Counted from the stretch's first letter, positions 47,061 to 56,972 are shown. The stretch is 64,000 nt of DNA from Patescibacteria group bacterium (GCA_016860985.1 BOKM01000001.1:527462-591461), one strand, 5' to 3'. Numbers and translations are program-made. The notes: a model not told the origin generated them from the sequence alone.

Positions 47061-48101
47061 TTGGACAGAAAATTGGTCTATAATGTGTCCATGACACGGA
47101 TATTTACAGGGCTTCAACCCACAAATACGCTCCATATTGGAAATCTTTTAGGGAGCATTTTGCCGTGGCAGCAACTCGTCACCAACACTCCAGATGCCGA
47201 AGCATATCTTATGATTGCCGATCAGCATGCAATTACAATTAAGCAAGAATCTGAGGTTTTGCACTCAAAAATTCTTGAGGTGGCTGCAATTATGCTTGCT
47301 GCAGGGGTAGATTACCGCAAACATGTCGTGTTTCCGCAATCACAAAATCCTGACCATGCGTACGTTGGGTGGTTATATACGTGTCTTACTCCTATGGGGT
47401 GGCTTGATAGGATGACGCAGTTCAAAGAGAAAAAAGAAAAAGTTGAAGGTTACAAAGAAGCAGTAAGCACTGGTTTGTTTGCATACCCAACACTCATGGC
47501 AGCTGATATCCTGTTATACGATGCCGATATGGTCCCCGTTGGTGCCGATCAGAAACAACATGTCGAACTGACTTCAGATATTGCAAATCGCTTTAACTCT
47601 TTATATGGTCAAACTTTTAAGGTTCCTAATTTTCACACAAACAAGGAGACTACTAAGTTATTCGATTTGCAGGAACCAACAAAGAAAATGAGCAAGTCTG
47701 ATGCAAGCGATGCCGGAAGAATCTCACTTACGGACACCGTAGATGCAATCCGAAAAAAAATTATGAAATCTGTTACAGATAACGAAGCTGTGGTCGCCTA
47801 CGATGCAGTAAATAAACCAGGAATAAGCAATCTGCTTTCTATCTTTGCAGCCGTTTCTAAGAAATCAATCGCTGATCTTGTTTCGACGTATCACGATGCG
47901 GGATATGGCAAATTTAAAGGTGATGTCGCTGATGCCGTAATTTCCTACTTAGAGCCGTTTCAGCAAAAAATGAATGCTTTTCTTTCAGATAAGGCCGAGT
48001 TGCAGAGAATCTTGGACGATGGTGCGGCGAGGGCATACAAGGTATCGCATCCAAAAACACTAGAAGCAGCAGCTAAAATGGGTTTATACATACATGCGTA
48101 A
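47061..48101 (+). CDS. trpS: Tryptophanyl-tRNA synthetase. The start may be the internal Met near 47091.
   Basis: It has the class I motif TGLQPTNTLHIGNLLG and KMSKSD, and is about 336 aa. Confidence 0.85.
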   Translation: MDRKLVYNVSMTRIFTGLQPTNTLHIGNLLGSILPWQQLVTNTPDAEAYLMIADQHAITIKQESEVLHSKILEVAAIMLAAGVDYRKHVVFPQSQNPDHAYVGWLYTCLTPMGWLDRMTQFKEKKEKVEGYKEAVSTGLFAYPTLMAADILLYDADMVPVGADQKQHVELTSDIANRFNSLYGQTFKVPNFHTNKETTKLFDLQEPTKKMSKSDASDAGRISLTDTVDAIRKKIMKSVTDNEAVVAYDAVNKPGISNLLSIFAAVSKKSIADLVSTYHDAGYGKFKGDVADAVISYLEPFQQKMNAFLSDKAELQRILDDGAARAYKVSHPKTLEAAAKMGLYIHA

Positions 48102-48501
48102 ACGAGATGTACTTACTTTTGGTGGAGTTATTCTCGGAGCAGCTGGTGTACTTGTTGCCGGCTTAATTCTAAAGAAGTTCATAGCCAATAAAAAGGTAGA
48201 GAAGTTTGAGGAAGAATTAGTGTCGGCTATTATTGAAAAATCTCCGATAAAAATTGCTACGCCAAAAAAGAAAAAACAGGCAAAGTCTAGAAAGGAATCA
48301 AAACTAGCCAAAACCAAACAGGGTAATGCGCTGCGTTTGCTCAAATACTTTAAGCCAGGAGTCATGTACTCACAAGTAGATTTGGTCGACAAATCGGGTA
48401 TTCCGTATAGAACTATTCGTCGGTACACAGAGTTTCTTCTCCAGCAAAAGAAAATAACCGCAAGTGGATACGGGAAGGGTAAAAAGTTTCAAAAATCCTA
48501 A
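48094..48501 (+). CDS. Small membrane-anchored protein with a C-terminal winged-helix-like segment.
   Basis: It has an N-terminal TM, a Lys-rich linker, and a C-terminal stretch (SQVDLVDKSGIPYRTIRRYTEFL) that looks HTH-like. Confidence 0.25.
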   Translation: MRKRDVLTFGGVILGAAGVLVAGLILKKFIANKKVEKFEEELVSAIIEKSPIKIATPKKKKQAKSRKESKLAKTKQGNALRLLKYFKPGVMYSQVDLVDKSGIPYRTIRRYTEFLLQQKKITASGYGKGKKFQKS

Positions 48502-48549
48502 GTCCGTTTTATAGGTTGAGGTGTATCGTTGCTTGTGTTACGCTGAACT

Positions 48550-50088
48550 ATGGAAGAAAATCAACCAAACATTTCTGCAGTGAATCTCTCTGATAGCTCA
48601 AACGTAAATACGCCTCCGATAGAAAATGCGCTCCCTTCATCAAAAAAGAAGAATCTCGTTCGTATAATACTTGTTGGTGGGTTACTGTTAACCCTTCTTG
48701 TTGGCTACCTCATTTCACAAGGAATACTTCCTATAAACTCACGACAAGGTAATGCTACTCCGACACCGGTCCCCACATTGGCCGTATTAACTCTTGTAAA
48801 GCCATTCGCGCCGTTAACAGCAAGCATAGGAACTCCCTTTACCTTTCAAATTAGAGTTGCGGAAACTGTGCAGAATCCACTGTTTGAAGTTCTAGGAATT
48901 CCCGGAGCTACAGTATCGCAAAGTGGATTAGTGACGTGGACTCCATCAGAAGAGGGCACCGTGAACGGTAAAGTAAAAGTTACTACAGCGATGGCACAAG
49001 GAGAGCTTGATATTCAAATTCTGGTGAACAAAGAATCTGGTTCGGTTAGCGGTAAAAATATGATTGATCCAAAAGTACAGATGCCTTTGTATCCAGTATT
49101 TTATTCACTTGAAATGGATGATAACGTCCGCCAGCTTTGGGTAATGAACAAAGATGGGTCGGGGCAAGTGTTTACTGGCGTATCGCATATTGCGGGTGAA
49201 ATTGAGAACGTTCCTTATTTTGGAGGAGTCCTTTATACTGTGAGTAGTACAGAAGAAAAAACAAAAAGCGATTCCTTAAAGCTATTTTATTACTCATCGT
49301 TAACGGGCGACACCTTGGTTGTAGAAAATGCAGCTGCGCCAAAAGGGTATGTTGGGTCGGTTGTGAGCCCGACTCTTTCTCCAGGTGGAGAGTATATTGT
49401 GTATATTTATTCAACTTACAAGATTGGCGAAATGGGTGATGAAGTTGCCTACTATGTTTACAATCTTGCGACGGGAGAAAAAAAGAAATTGCCAGAAGCT
49501 CCGGCGATATCAATGCAGTGGAGTAAAAAATATCCTAATAGCGTTCATCTCGCTCGTGATTCTGGCTGGTACGCCTATCACGTATGGACAGAAGAGAAAA
49601 CATTGCTTAGCGCAGATATTGGAAGTATCCCAAGTGAAGGCGATTATTTAGAAATTGATGAAAATACTTCTCTTGAATTGCAAGGAAACCCCGATGAAGA
49701 GGTAAAGCTTGTGCTTAAAAAATCCGAAGAATCAAAAACTGTAGATACGAGTACGTGGGCTGTATTGCAACCCTTCTTTTGTGTTTCACCGGACAAAAAA
49801 TCCGTGATGTATGAATACGATATAAGGACGGGCGATAATACTTTTTCAACAATAAAGCGAGTCGACATTGAGGATGGAGCGGTAAGTTGGGTAACTACAA
49901 ATACGCCAGTAAAAGAAGGGTACTGGCTTAAAGGGTGCTTGTGGACGTCTGACCATACGGTCATTATTCATATGCTTACCGACGAAACAAAACCAGATTC
50001 TACATTCCAACTTGTGGAACTAGATACGGATACAAACAAAATCCGGCCACTTACCACAAAAGGTACGGCGCGTTTGATCTATTATTAG
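48550..50088 (+). CDS. Hypothetical secreted or membrane-anchored beta-rich protein, possibly a TolB-like beta-propeller.
   Basis: It has an N-terminal TM and SPTLSPGGEYIVYIY-type repeats, and is 512 aa. Confidence 0.3.
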   Translation: MEENQPNISAVNLSDSSNVNTPPIENALPSSKKKNLVRIILVGGLLLTLLVGYLISQGILPINSRQGNATPTPVPTLAVLTLVKPFAPLTASIGTPFTFQIRVAETVQNPLFEVLGIPGATVSQSGLVTWTPSEEGTVNGKVKVTTAMAQGELDIQILVNKESGSVSGKNMIDPKVQMPLYPVFYSLEMDDNVRQLWVMNKDGSGQVFTGVSHIAGEIENVPYFGGVLYTVSSTEEKTKSDSLKLFYYSSLTGDTLVVENAAAPKGYVGSVVSPTLSPGGEYIVYIYSTYKIGEMGDEVAYYVYNLATGEKKKLPEAPAISMQWSKKYPNSVHLARDSGWYAYHVWTEEKTLLSADIGSIPSEGDYLEIDENTSLELQGNPDEEVKLVLKKSEESKTVDTSTWAVLQPFFCVSPDKKSVMYEYDIRTGDNTFSTIKRVDIEDGAVSWVTTNTPVKEGYWLKGCLWTSDHTVIIHMLTDETKPDSTFQLVELDTDTNKIRPLTTKGTARLIYY

Positions 50089-50120
50089 TAGATATCTGGG
50101 TACCGAAGCTTCGTAATAAG

Positions 50121-50129
50121 TGCTATAAT
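50121..50129 (+). promoter_or_regulatory. Extended -10 promoter (TGcTATAATTC) 11 nt upstream of tRNA-Ala.
   Basis: TGCTATAAT at 50121..50129. Confidence 0.45.
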
Positions 50130-50140
50130 TCTGCACTTGT

Positions 50141-50214
50141 GGGCCTGTAGCTCAGCTGGCTAGAGCATTCGCATGGCATGCGAAGGGTCACGGGTTCGAA
50201 TCCCGTCAGGTCCA
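50141..50214 (+). tRNA. tRNA-Ala (anticodon GGC).
   Basis: Hand-folded: acceptor GGGCCTG/CAGGTCC with the G3:U70 Ala identity pair, anticodon loop ATGGCAT, T-arm ACGGG-TTCGAAT-CCCGT. Confidence 0.85.
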
Positions 50215-50243
50215 TATTACACATGCCCCGTTCAAAAATTACT

Positions 50244-51161
50244 ATGAAAGTCATACATTTTGACAGTCATGCAGATCAGGCACGGTATCAAACGCGTGCA
50301 GACCATGAATATATTTCAGATACCGTTAACCAATATTTAGCAACTAGGCCCGATGGAATTACAGCAGACGTGGTTAGTTGCTTTGACTCATCAAAATTTC
50401 GTCCAGAAGTTATTGATCAAATTCACGGAGTAAAGTTTATTGTAACCAGAGGGATTGGTTTAGATCACGTAGATAGAAGATACTGCGAAGAAAAGGGAAT
50501 AAAATTTTGCAATATTGAGTACGACAGGTCTGCAATTGCACATCATACATGGGCACTTATTCTATTTGCGGTCAGGCACTTACAGGAATCCTTCGAAAGG
50601 GTGAAAACGGGTTCATTTACAAGCAAAGGAATTGAGCCAAAAGGTCTGCAAGATATGACGTTAGGAATTCTTGGATATGGAAAAATTGGCAAAGAGGTTG
50701 CACGAATTGCAAAGGCTTTTGGAGTAAGAGTATTGGCGGTAGACAGAAAGCATGGTGTTGGAGATGTAGATGCAGAAGGGAACGCGGAATTTGTCACAAA
50801 AGATCAACTCTTGGAGCAAAGCGATATTGTTTCGCTGCATTGTGATTTAAATCCAGCAACCGAAGGTTTGATAAATGACCAAACAATTTCGAAGATGAAA
50901 CCAGGTTGTATTTTGGTAAATACTTCAAGAGGAAAACTAATTGACGAAGCTGCATTAATTCGTCACCAGAATCATTTTTCAGCAATAATGCTTGATGTAC
51001 TTGCAGACGAAAAAAAGCAAGATAACCACAGTGATGTTATTCTCCTCCCTAATGTGCATGTGACCCCGCATATGGCGCATAAATCAGAAGCAACAATTCG
51101 TGAAAGGTGGGAAGAAGCGTATCGGATTATCGATGATTTTGCAGCCGGCATGAACACGTAG
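50244..51161 (+). CDS. D-isomer-specific 2-hydroxyacid dehydrogenase family (NAD-binding). The start was trimmed to clear tRNA-Ala.
   Basis: It has an NAD Rossmann motif (LGILGYGKIGKEVARIAKAFGVRVLAVDR) and a catalytic His region (VHVTPHMA). Confidence 0.7.
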   Translation: MKVIHFDSHADQARYQTRADHEYISDTVNQYLATRPDGITADVVSCFDSSKFRPEVIDQIHGVKFIVTRGIGLDHVDRRYCEEKGIKFCNIEYDRSAIAHHTWALILFAVRHLQESFERVKTGSFTSKGIEPKGLQDMTLGILGYGKIGKEVARIAKAFGVRVLAVDRKHGVGDVDAEGNAEFVTKDQLLEQSDIVSLHCDLNPATEGLINDQTISKMKPGCILVNTSRGKLIDEAALIRHQNHFSAIMLDVLADEKKQDNHSDVILLPNVHVTPHMAHKSEATIRERWEEAYRIIDDFAAGMNT

Positions 51162-51188
51162 CGTCCTTTTTCTCTGTTATAATTCTGT

Positions 51189-53012
51189 ATGTCTGCCCCA
51201 AAGAAGCGTTTACGCGCGAGTCTCTACGTAAAGAATATACCCCCCGGAGTATCACGTTTGTGGCATTATTGGGCTGTACTTAAGCGACATCTTCGTTATT
51301 ACGCTGCGTTTGATAAGGTATCGTTTTGGAAAGGAATTGGTGCAGGACTTCTTCGCGCGCCACTGGGTGCACTTACAATTTTTATTACGGGGCTTTTTGT
51401 TGACAGTATCGTTGATTTTTACCAACATTCACGCTTTATCATGGTTGGTGATTTCTCAATACCATATCCGTTGGTTTATATACTTGCCCTATTTTTAATC
51501 TCCCGTTTTCAACGCTTTTTGGATGCAGTGTACAATGTTTCTCTTATTAGAATTAGAAACAATGCGCTAGTAGGTTATAGGCAGGATTTATCCGAAAAAT
51601 TTCACAAACTTAATTCACAAGAGATTGATCGAGAGCAGGTTAAGGATCTAATAACAAAAGTAGAAACATTTTGGATTACCAACGCAACCAACTTTTATGG
51701 CCGCTTTGTTGGAGTATGGGAGTATTTTGTATCAATCATAATCGCTTTTGGGGCGTTGTCTGCGATTTCTCCCACTATTGCGTTGCTTGTAATCTTAGTA
51801 CCAATCCCTGAGATTTTCATAGTGTTTAAGCACTATCGAAAACATGCTCATTATGTTGATGATATTGCCCCATTAATGTTAGAACGAAATTACTATTTTT
51901 CAGCACTAACTGACCCAAGAACCTTTCCAGAACGAAAGATTAATGGAGTATTCCGATCCTTGATTGAGCGGTATCGGCACGTTGCTGACTTGGTAAGCAG
52001 TGGGTATAAAAAGGTGCTAGCAGATGGTGAAAAAAGAATATTGTCTATAAATATCTTTGATAATTTTTTACTAATGCTCTTAAAAGGCTACGTGCTTATT
52101 TCGAGTATTCTCGCCAAATCTCCTGTTGGTAAGATTACGGCAACAATAGGGTATATCGATTCGCTGTACAGAAACTCGTACGATTTACAAAACAACTTAA
52201 TCTCAATGTTCGATGAGTTAACTTTTATTGAGTACTTATATGAGTTTCAGGATATCAAAGGTTTTGCCGACGAACGTAAGAAAGGCAAGCATCTCAAAAA
52301 AGGGAGCCCAACAATTTCTCTGGAGCAAGCATCTTTCAAGTATGTGGATAGCGGAAAGGTAATTTTAGACAACGTTTCTCTGCAAATTAAGGGTGGAGAT
52401 AAGGTCATGATTCTAGGGAAAGACGGTACAGGAAAGAGTTCTATTTTGGCGCTGCTTGCCGGAATGTATGAACTCAGTGATGGGATTATTCGTTTTGGAA
52501 ATATACCAATACCAAAACTTGCCCGTGGTCAAATAAAAACAAAAATGTCGGTAGTTCCGGAAGATTTCGCCCGTTACTATATGACACTTAAAGAGAATAT
52601 TATATTGGGAGATCCAAAAAAGACTTTTGATGAGGCGTTATACAAAAAGGCACTAAACATAACCGGGCTAACTGAATGGATGAAAGCAAATAATATTGAT
52701 GACGAAAAAACAGTACTGGGTAATTATTTCGAGGGTAGTGTATCAATTTCTTCTGGCCACTGGCAGCGAATTGCAATAGCTCGAGCAATCTATAGAAACA
52801 GAGAGATATTCTTGCTTGATCAACCCTTTACGTATATTGATAGTCATTCTGTAGAACAGATACTCCCTAAGCTACTTGCGTTTATCGGGAATAGAACCCT
52901 TATTTGGATAAGTGAGCATACAGTACATGCCGACTATATGGATAAAGTATATGAGCTGGAAAACAAGCAGTTAGTCGAACGAAAGATTCGCAAAGGGAAA
53001 AATAGCAAGTAA
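51189..53012 (+). CDS. ABC exporter, a fused transmembrane-domain plus nucleotide-binding-domain half-transporter, with atypical catalytic motifs.
   Basis: It has N-terminal TM helices, a Walker A (ILGKDGTGKSS), a signature-like SSGHWQR in place of LSGGQ, and Walker B IFLLDQP with Gln where the catalytic Glu is expected. Confidence 0.55.
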   Translation: MSAPKKRLRASLYVKNIPPGVSRLWHYWAVLKRHLRYYAAFDKVSFWKGIGAGLLRAPLGALTIFITGLFVDSIVDFYQHSRFIMVGDFSIPYPLVYILALFLISRFQRFLDAVYNVSLIRIRNNALVGYRQDLSEKFHKLNSQEIDREQVKDLITKVETFWITNATNFYGRFVGVWEYFVSIIIAFGALSAISPTIALLVILVPIPEIFIVFKHYRKHAHYVDDIAPLMLERNYYFSALTDPRTFPERKINGVFRSLIERYRHVADLVSSGYKKVLADGEKRILSINIFDNFLLMLLKGYVLISSILAKSPVGKITATIGYIDSLYRNSYDLQNNLISMFDELTFIEYLYEFQDIKGFADERKKGKHLKKGSPTISLEQASFKYVDSGKVILDNVSLQIKGGDKVMILGKDGTGKSSILALLAGMYELSDGIIRFGNIPIPKLARGQIKTKMSVVPEDFARYYMTLKENIILGDPKKTFDEALYKKALNITGLTEWMKANNIDDEKTVLGNYFEGSVSISSGHWQRIAIARAIYRNREIFLLDQPFTYIDSHSVEQILPKLLAFIGNRTLIWISEHTVHADYMDKVYELENKQLVERKIRKGKNSK

Positions 53013-53022
53013 TCCAAATAAT

Positions 53023-53095
53023 TTCGGAGTAGTGGGACTCGAACCCACGACCTCGCGTACCCGAAACGCGTGCTCTACCAACTGAGCCATACTCC
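53023..53095 (-). tRNA. tRNA-Pro (anticodon CGG).
   Basis: Hand-folded from the reverse complement: acceptor CGGAGTA/TACTCCG, anticodon arm CGCGT-TTCGGGT-ACGCG, T-arm GTGGG-TTCGAGT-CCCAC, discriminator A. Confidence 0.85.
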
Positions 53096-53184
53096 GAATG
53101 TACCGCAAATACTGTATTATTGGAGATTATCCCTCATTTCATGCAAATCCGCAATCATTGACTTGAATATCAAATCGCACTATC

Positions 53185-56100
53185 ATGAAAGATACTTATT
53201 TGTTAGGTACCTCCATGAAAAAAAAGCAAATTCTCTTTTCCATAACAGCAGTGTTGACACTACTTTTTGGAGCTTTCTTTCTGCAACCTTTCTTGGTGCA
53301 ACCACAACAATTGCCGGAGGTACAGGCGGTTTCTGAACAACCAGTGTACATTCCAACAAACTATCGTAATATCGGTATCCCAATGTCTGTTGTTGTGCTC
53401 GAAGATGGAAGTTATTGGTATCCTGACCAACAAAATGGAAGAGTTGTAAAAGTTAGTGCAGCTGGTGAAATTGAAAGAACGGTTGGTCGATATGGTTCAG
53501 CAGAAGGTGAATTTGAAGGCGACATCATGGATATCGCTGTAGATAACGAGGGGTATCTTTATGTCCAGACTTTTCAGCATACCTATAAGCTAGATTTTAA
53601 CGGTGGATTTATAAAAATGTGGGGAGTACTTGGTTCTGGCCCACAAGATTACTCTAATCCAGGCTTTATTCATTACGACGAGTTTAGCGATTCTTTGTAT
53701 GTGTCAAATAGCATTCACAACGAAGTGATGAAATTCACTAAAGAAGGCGTGTTTGTGTCGGAATTTGGAACAGAAGGTACTGGCAATGGCGAATTCCGTC
53801 ACCCAACTGGAGTTACTACCGATTCAAATGGACGTATTTATGTGATGGATGGAGATAACGAACGTGGACAAGTATTTTCTCCTGACGGAACCTTCTTGTT
53901 TACCTTCGGTGGCCCAGGAAGTGGCGATGGACAGTTCACTGCACCGCAAGATGTGCTAATCAAAGCTAATGGAAACATTGTTGTTGCATCTCAAAACTCA
54001 CAGAAAATTCAGGAATTTGACTCTGAAGGGAACTGGGTTACATCGTGGGGAGAGGGTGGTTCAAGCGCATGGCAGTTTCTTGCCCCTAGAGGGTTATCGC
54101 AAGATTCATCAGGAAATATCTATGTATCTGATTGGACGCTAAAGTCAATTCAAAAATTCACCTCAACGGGAACGTACGTTTCAAGTGTTCGAAATAGCGG
54201 AAACGTAAGCGGAAAATTGACAGTTCCCACTGCTGTGGCTTATGACTCAATTGGAAATTTGTACGTTCTTGATAATGGTGCCTACGAGGCTCGAGTACAG
54301 AAATTCACAAATGCGGGTACCTATCTTTCAACAATTATTGATCCTGAAGATATGGATATCGCAAGCTACCGAATGAAGATTAAAAATGATGAGTTGTATA
54401 TTACGGAGTATCATGGTTTTAAGAAGTTTGACCTAAACGGCAATCTGCTTTTGACAGTGGCTGCCGATGGAACAGGAGATGGGCAGTTTATCAATGCAAG
54501 AGGTATTGATATTGATTCCGCTGGGAATATCTATGTGGCAGATGGGGAGAGTGCGAGAATTCAAAAGTTTGATAGTGCAGGCAATTATCTGGCGCAATGG
54601 GGTACACGTGGCACAGGTAACGGACAATTTGGTTGGCCCGAAGAGTTAATTATTGATGGATCGGACAATATCTATGTCGCAGACAATCAATGGAGTGGGG
54701 CTTCGGACAATACGAGAATTCAGGTTTTTAATACTAGTGGCGTTTATCAAAGGACAATTGGTAGTTTTGGCTCTGACGATGGACAATTCTTTACAATTGG
54801 TGGAATGGCATTTGATGCAGAGGGTAAGTTACATGTATCAGAGGCCTACTTCACTAAAATTCAAGTATTTAATGCAGACGGAACATACTCTCACAAATAT
54901 GCCGCTGTTGGTGGTGATAATGGTGGTGTACGTACAGGAAGTGGTGTAGAGGAACTCTTTGAACCAAGTGGTCTTGCCCTCAATCCAATTTCAGACAATA
55001 TGACAATTGCTGATTCGCAAAATCACCGAGTTCAACTTATGCCTTCAGGAACACGAATCTACAATTTGATTTCAAGTGCAGACGTACTATCTAATACCGA
55101 TAGTGCGAGTTTGGTGTACCGATATTACGACCCACAATCGTCCGGAATAAGTAATATTTCTTCGAGTCTGTACTTCGGCGATTATGTTGTTTCTGACTTT
55201 TCTGTAAACCTAAGTGCTGATCGGGATTGGGTAAATGTTAACGTACTAACTCTTCCGAATGAATCAAAATCACTCGTTGTTAATCTTGACCCAACAAATG
55301 CCCCTGGAGTCTCTTCTTCGCATTCACTTTATATTGTAAAACAGGCAGGGCAGACATCAGTTCGAGTTTGTCCAGATGCAGATCAACTTGCAGAAGTAAC
55401 CGAAGATTGTGCCGGTGGGTATGAGTTAACTGAAGGCTCTCCAAGCCTTTCAAGTGTTACAATTGGTGGAAAAACTTACTGGAAAGTTACTGGACTTACC
55501 GGTACTGGTATTATGAGTGTTGCGGGTGATATTACCCCAACCCCAACAGCAACCGTTACATCTACCCCGACAGCAACTGTTACGGGTACGGCAACGGTGA
55601 CTCCAACTCCAACTTCCACTACCACCGTGACCAGTATTCCTCTTCCAACAGGAACAATTATCGCTGCGGTAACACTACCTCCTGCAGTTAAGGGAGATAA
55701 TCCAGTTTGTCCTACTTTTGAGTCCTTTACCGTATCGCAAACACTTGTGAAGCGTGGTGAGAGCGTAAAGATCAAATGGACGACAAAGAATACAGAGATA
55801 GTGCGAATGCCACTTTCTGCCGATGATTTGCCAGCAGTCGGCGAGTATATGCTGACTCCGGAGAAGAGTGTTGAACTTATGTTTACTGCGGATAATGGAT
55901 ACTGTACTGCTAAAAAGACTGCAAATATAATGGTTGTAGACTCGTTGCCATGGACAAACACAATCACCGTTGGAACGGGGCTCTTGCTTGTCGAGGCAGC
56001 ACTCGCCATTCAGCAACCGGTCATGTTTGGGAATATATGGCTTGCAATTGCTGGCTTCTTAAGTCGTAAAAAGCGTCAAACTTGGGGTATTGTTTACCAC

Positions 56101-56859
56101 TCAGGAACCAAGAAGCCACTAGGACGTGTGATTGTTCGTCTATTAAGAGAAGATAAAACAATTGCAGACACCGTGGTTTCCGAAGCGAACGGAACGTTCC
56201 GTTTGACACCAAAGGTCGGGAAGTACACGGTCGTCGCATCATTAGGTGGCTACACTTTCCCCTCAACGGTCGTAACGGCCGAAAATGACGGCGGCTTTAC
56301 GAATGTATACAGAGGACAAGTTATTGAAGTATCCGATACTGCGAAAGGTATCCTTCTTTCGATTCCTATGGATAGCGCAACTATGAGTGACTCAGAAAAA
56401 AGGAGTGCTCAGCTTAAAGGAAAAGTAACAGAGGCAGTAGAATTCCTAAGTAACTTGCTCGTATTCGCAGGTTTTGCCTATGGCTTGTATGTTGCGTATC
56501 AGTATCCTCATGCTTACAATTACGCAATACTTGCGGTATATGGGGTATTCCTGGTGTTAAAGCTTTTCTTGGTACTTCCTAAGAAAACGGTAGGAAGAAC
56601 GCTGTTTTCAGATGGATCGCCTGTTGCGGGAGTAGAGCTCGGCTTATTCGATACCGAATTTAAGAACTTGCTTTACCGTACATTTACTAACGAGAACGGT
56701 GAGTATAGCTTTGTTGTGCCAAATCAAACGTACAACCTAAAGGTGATGGATGACAGGTATCGAATCGCACAAAAGGGACAACTTGTTCAAGGTGTACAGC
56801 TTGAGTCGAAAGGCAATGATACCGTAAGGGTAATAACAAACGACTTTACGCTTGAATAA
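53185..56859 (+). CDS. Giant NHL-repeat surface protein with a PT-rich linker, a C-terminal multi-TM segment and a carboxypeptidase-regulatory-like beta-sandwich domain.
   Basis: It has a signal peptide or TM at the N-terminus, many NHL repeats (GIDIDSAGNIYVADGESARIQKFD), a TPTPTATVTSTPTATVTG linker, TM helices near residues 930-960 and 1130-1160, and a CarbopepD_reg-like segment (VIVRLLREDKTIADTVVSEANGTFRL). Confidence 0.6.
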   Translation: MKDTYLLGTSMKKKQILFSITAVLTLLFGAFFLQPFLVQPQQLPEVQAVSEQPVYIPTNYRNIGIPMSVVVLEDGSYWYPDQQNGRVVKVSAAGEIERTVGRYGSAEGEFEGDIMDIAVDNEGYLYVQTFQHTYKLDFNGGFIKMWGVLGSGPQDYSNPGFIHYDEFSDSLYVSNSIHNEVMKFTKEGVFVSEFGTEGTGNGEFRHPTGVTTDSNGRIYVMDGDNERGQVFSPDGTFLFTFGGPGSGDGQFTAPQDVLIKANGNIVVASQNSQKIQEFDSEGNWVTSWGEGGSSAWQFLAPRGLSQDSSGNIYVSDWTLKSIQKFTSTGTYVSSVRNSGNVSGKLTVPTAVAYDSIGNLYVLDNGAYEARVQKFTNAGTYLSTIIDPEDMDIASYRMKIKNDELYITEYHGFKKFDLNGNLLLTVAADGTGDGQFINARGIDIDSAGNIYVADGESARIQKFDSAGNYLAQWGTRGTGNGQFGWPEELIIDGSDNIYVADNQWSGASDNTRIQVFNTSGVYQRTIGSFGSDDGQFFTIGGMAFDAEGKLHVSEAYFTKIQVFNADGTYSHKYAAVGGDNGGVRTGSGVEELFEPSGLALNPISDNMTIADSQNHRVQLMPSGTRIYNLISSADVLSNTDSASLVYRYYDPQSSGISNISSSLYFGDYVVSDFSVNLSADRDWVNVNVLTLPNESKSLVVNLDPTNAPGVSSSHSLYIVKQAGQTSVRVCPDADQLAEVTEDCAGGYELTEGSPSLSSVTIGGKTYWKVTGLTGTGIMSVAGDITPTPTATVTSTPTATVTGTATVTPTPTSTTTVTSIPLPTGTIIAAVTLPPAVKGDNPVCPTFESFTVSQTLVKRGESVKIKWTTKNTEIVRMPLSADDLPAVGEYMLTPEKSVELMFTADNGYCTAKKTANIMVVDSLPWTNTITVGTGLLLVEAALAIQQPVMFGNIWLAIAGFLSRKKRQTWGIVYHSGTKKPLGRVIVRLLREDKTIADTVVSEANGTFRLTPKVGKYTVVASLGGYTFPSTVVTAENDGGFTNVYRGQVIEVSDTAKGILLSIPMDSATMSDSEKRSAQLKGKVTEAVEFLSNLLVFAGFAYGLYVAYQYPHAYNYAILAVYGVFLVLKLFLVLPKKTVGRTLFSDGSPVAGVELGLFDTEFKNLLYRTFTNENGEYSFVVPNQTYNLKVMDDRYRIAQKGQLVQGVQLESKGNDTVRVITNDFTLE

Positions 56860-56882
56860 CCTAGGAATAAGGGGTGAATTAG

Positions 56883-56891
56883 TGATATAAT
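56883..56891 (+). promoter_or_regulatory. Extended -10 promoter (TGaTATAATTC) 8 nt upstream of tRNA-Val.
   Basis: TGATATAAT at 56883..56891. Confidence 0.45.
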
Positions 56892-56899
56892 TCACCTAC

Positions 56900-56972
56900 G
56901 GGCAGTTAGCTCAGCTGGTAGAGCTCGCGACTTACATTCGCGCGGTCATAGGTTCGAGTCCTATACTGCCCA
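56900..56972 (+). tRNA. tRNA-Val (anticodon TAC).
   Basis: Hand-folded: acceptor GGGCAGT/ACTGCCC, anticodon arm CGCGA-CTTACAT-TCGCG, T-arm ATAGG-TTCGAGT-CCTAT, discriminator A. Confidence 0.85.

Noticed and set aside
50178-50243. The N-terminal extension of the 2-hydroxyacid dehydrogenase ORF (MRRVTGSNPVRSILHMPRSKIT).
   Set aside because: It is translated from tRNA-Ala sequence (GGGTTCGAATCCCGTCAGG), so the start was moved to 50244.
53070-53383. ORFs 53070..53336(+) and 53183..53383(-).
   Set aside because: They overlap tRNA-Pro or are antisense to the 5' end of the NHL gene, and are spurious.
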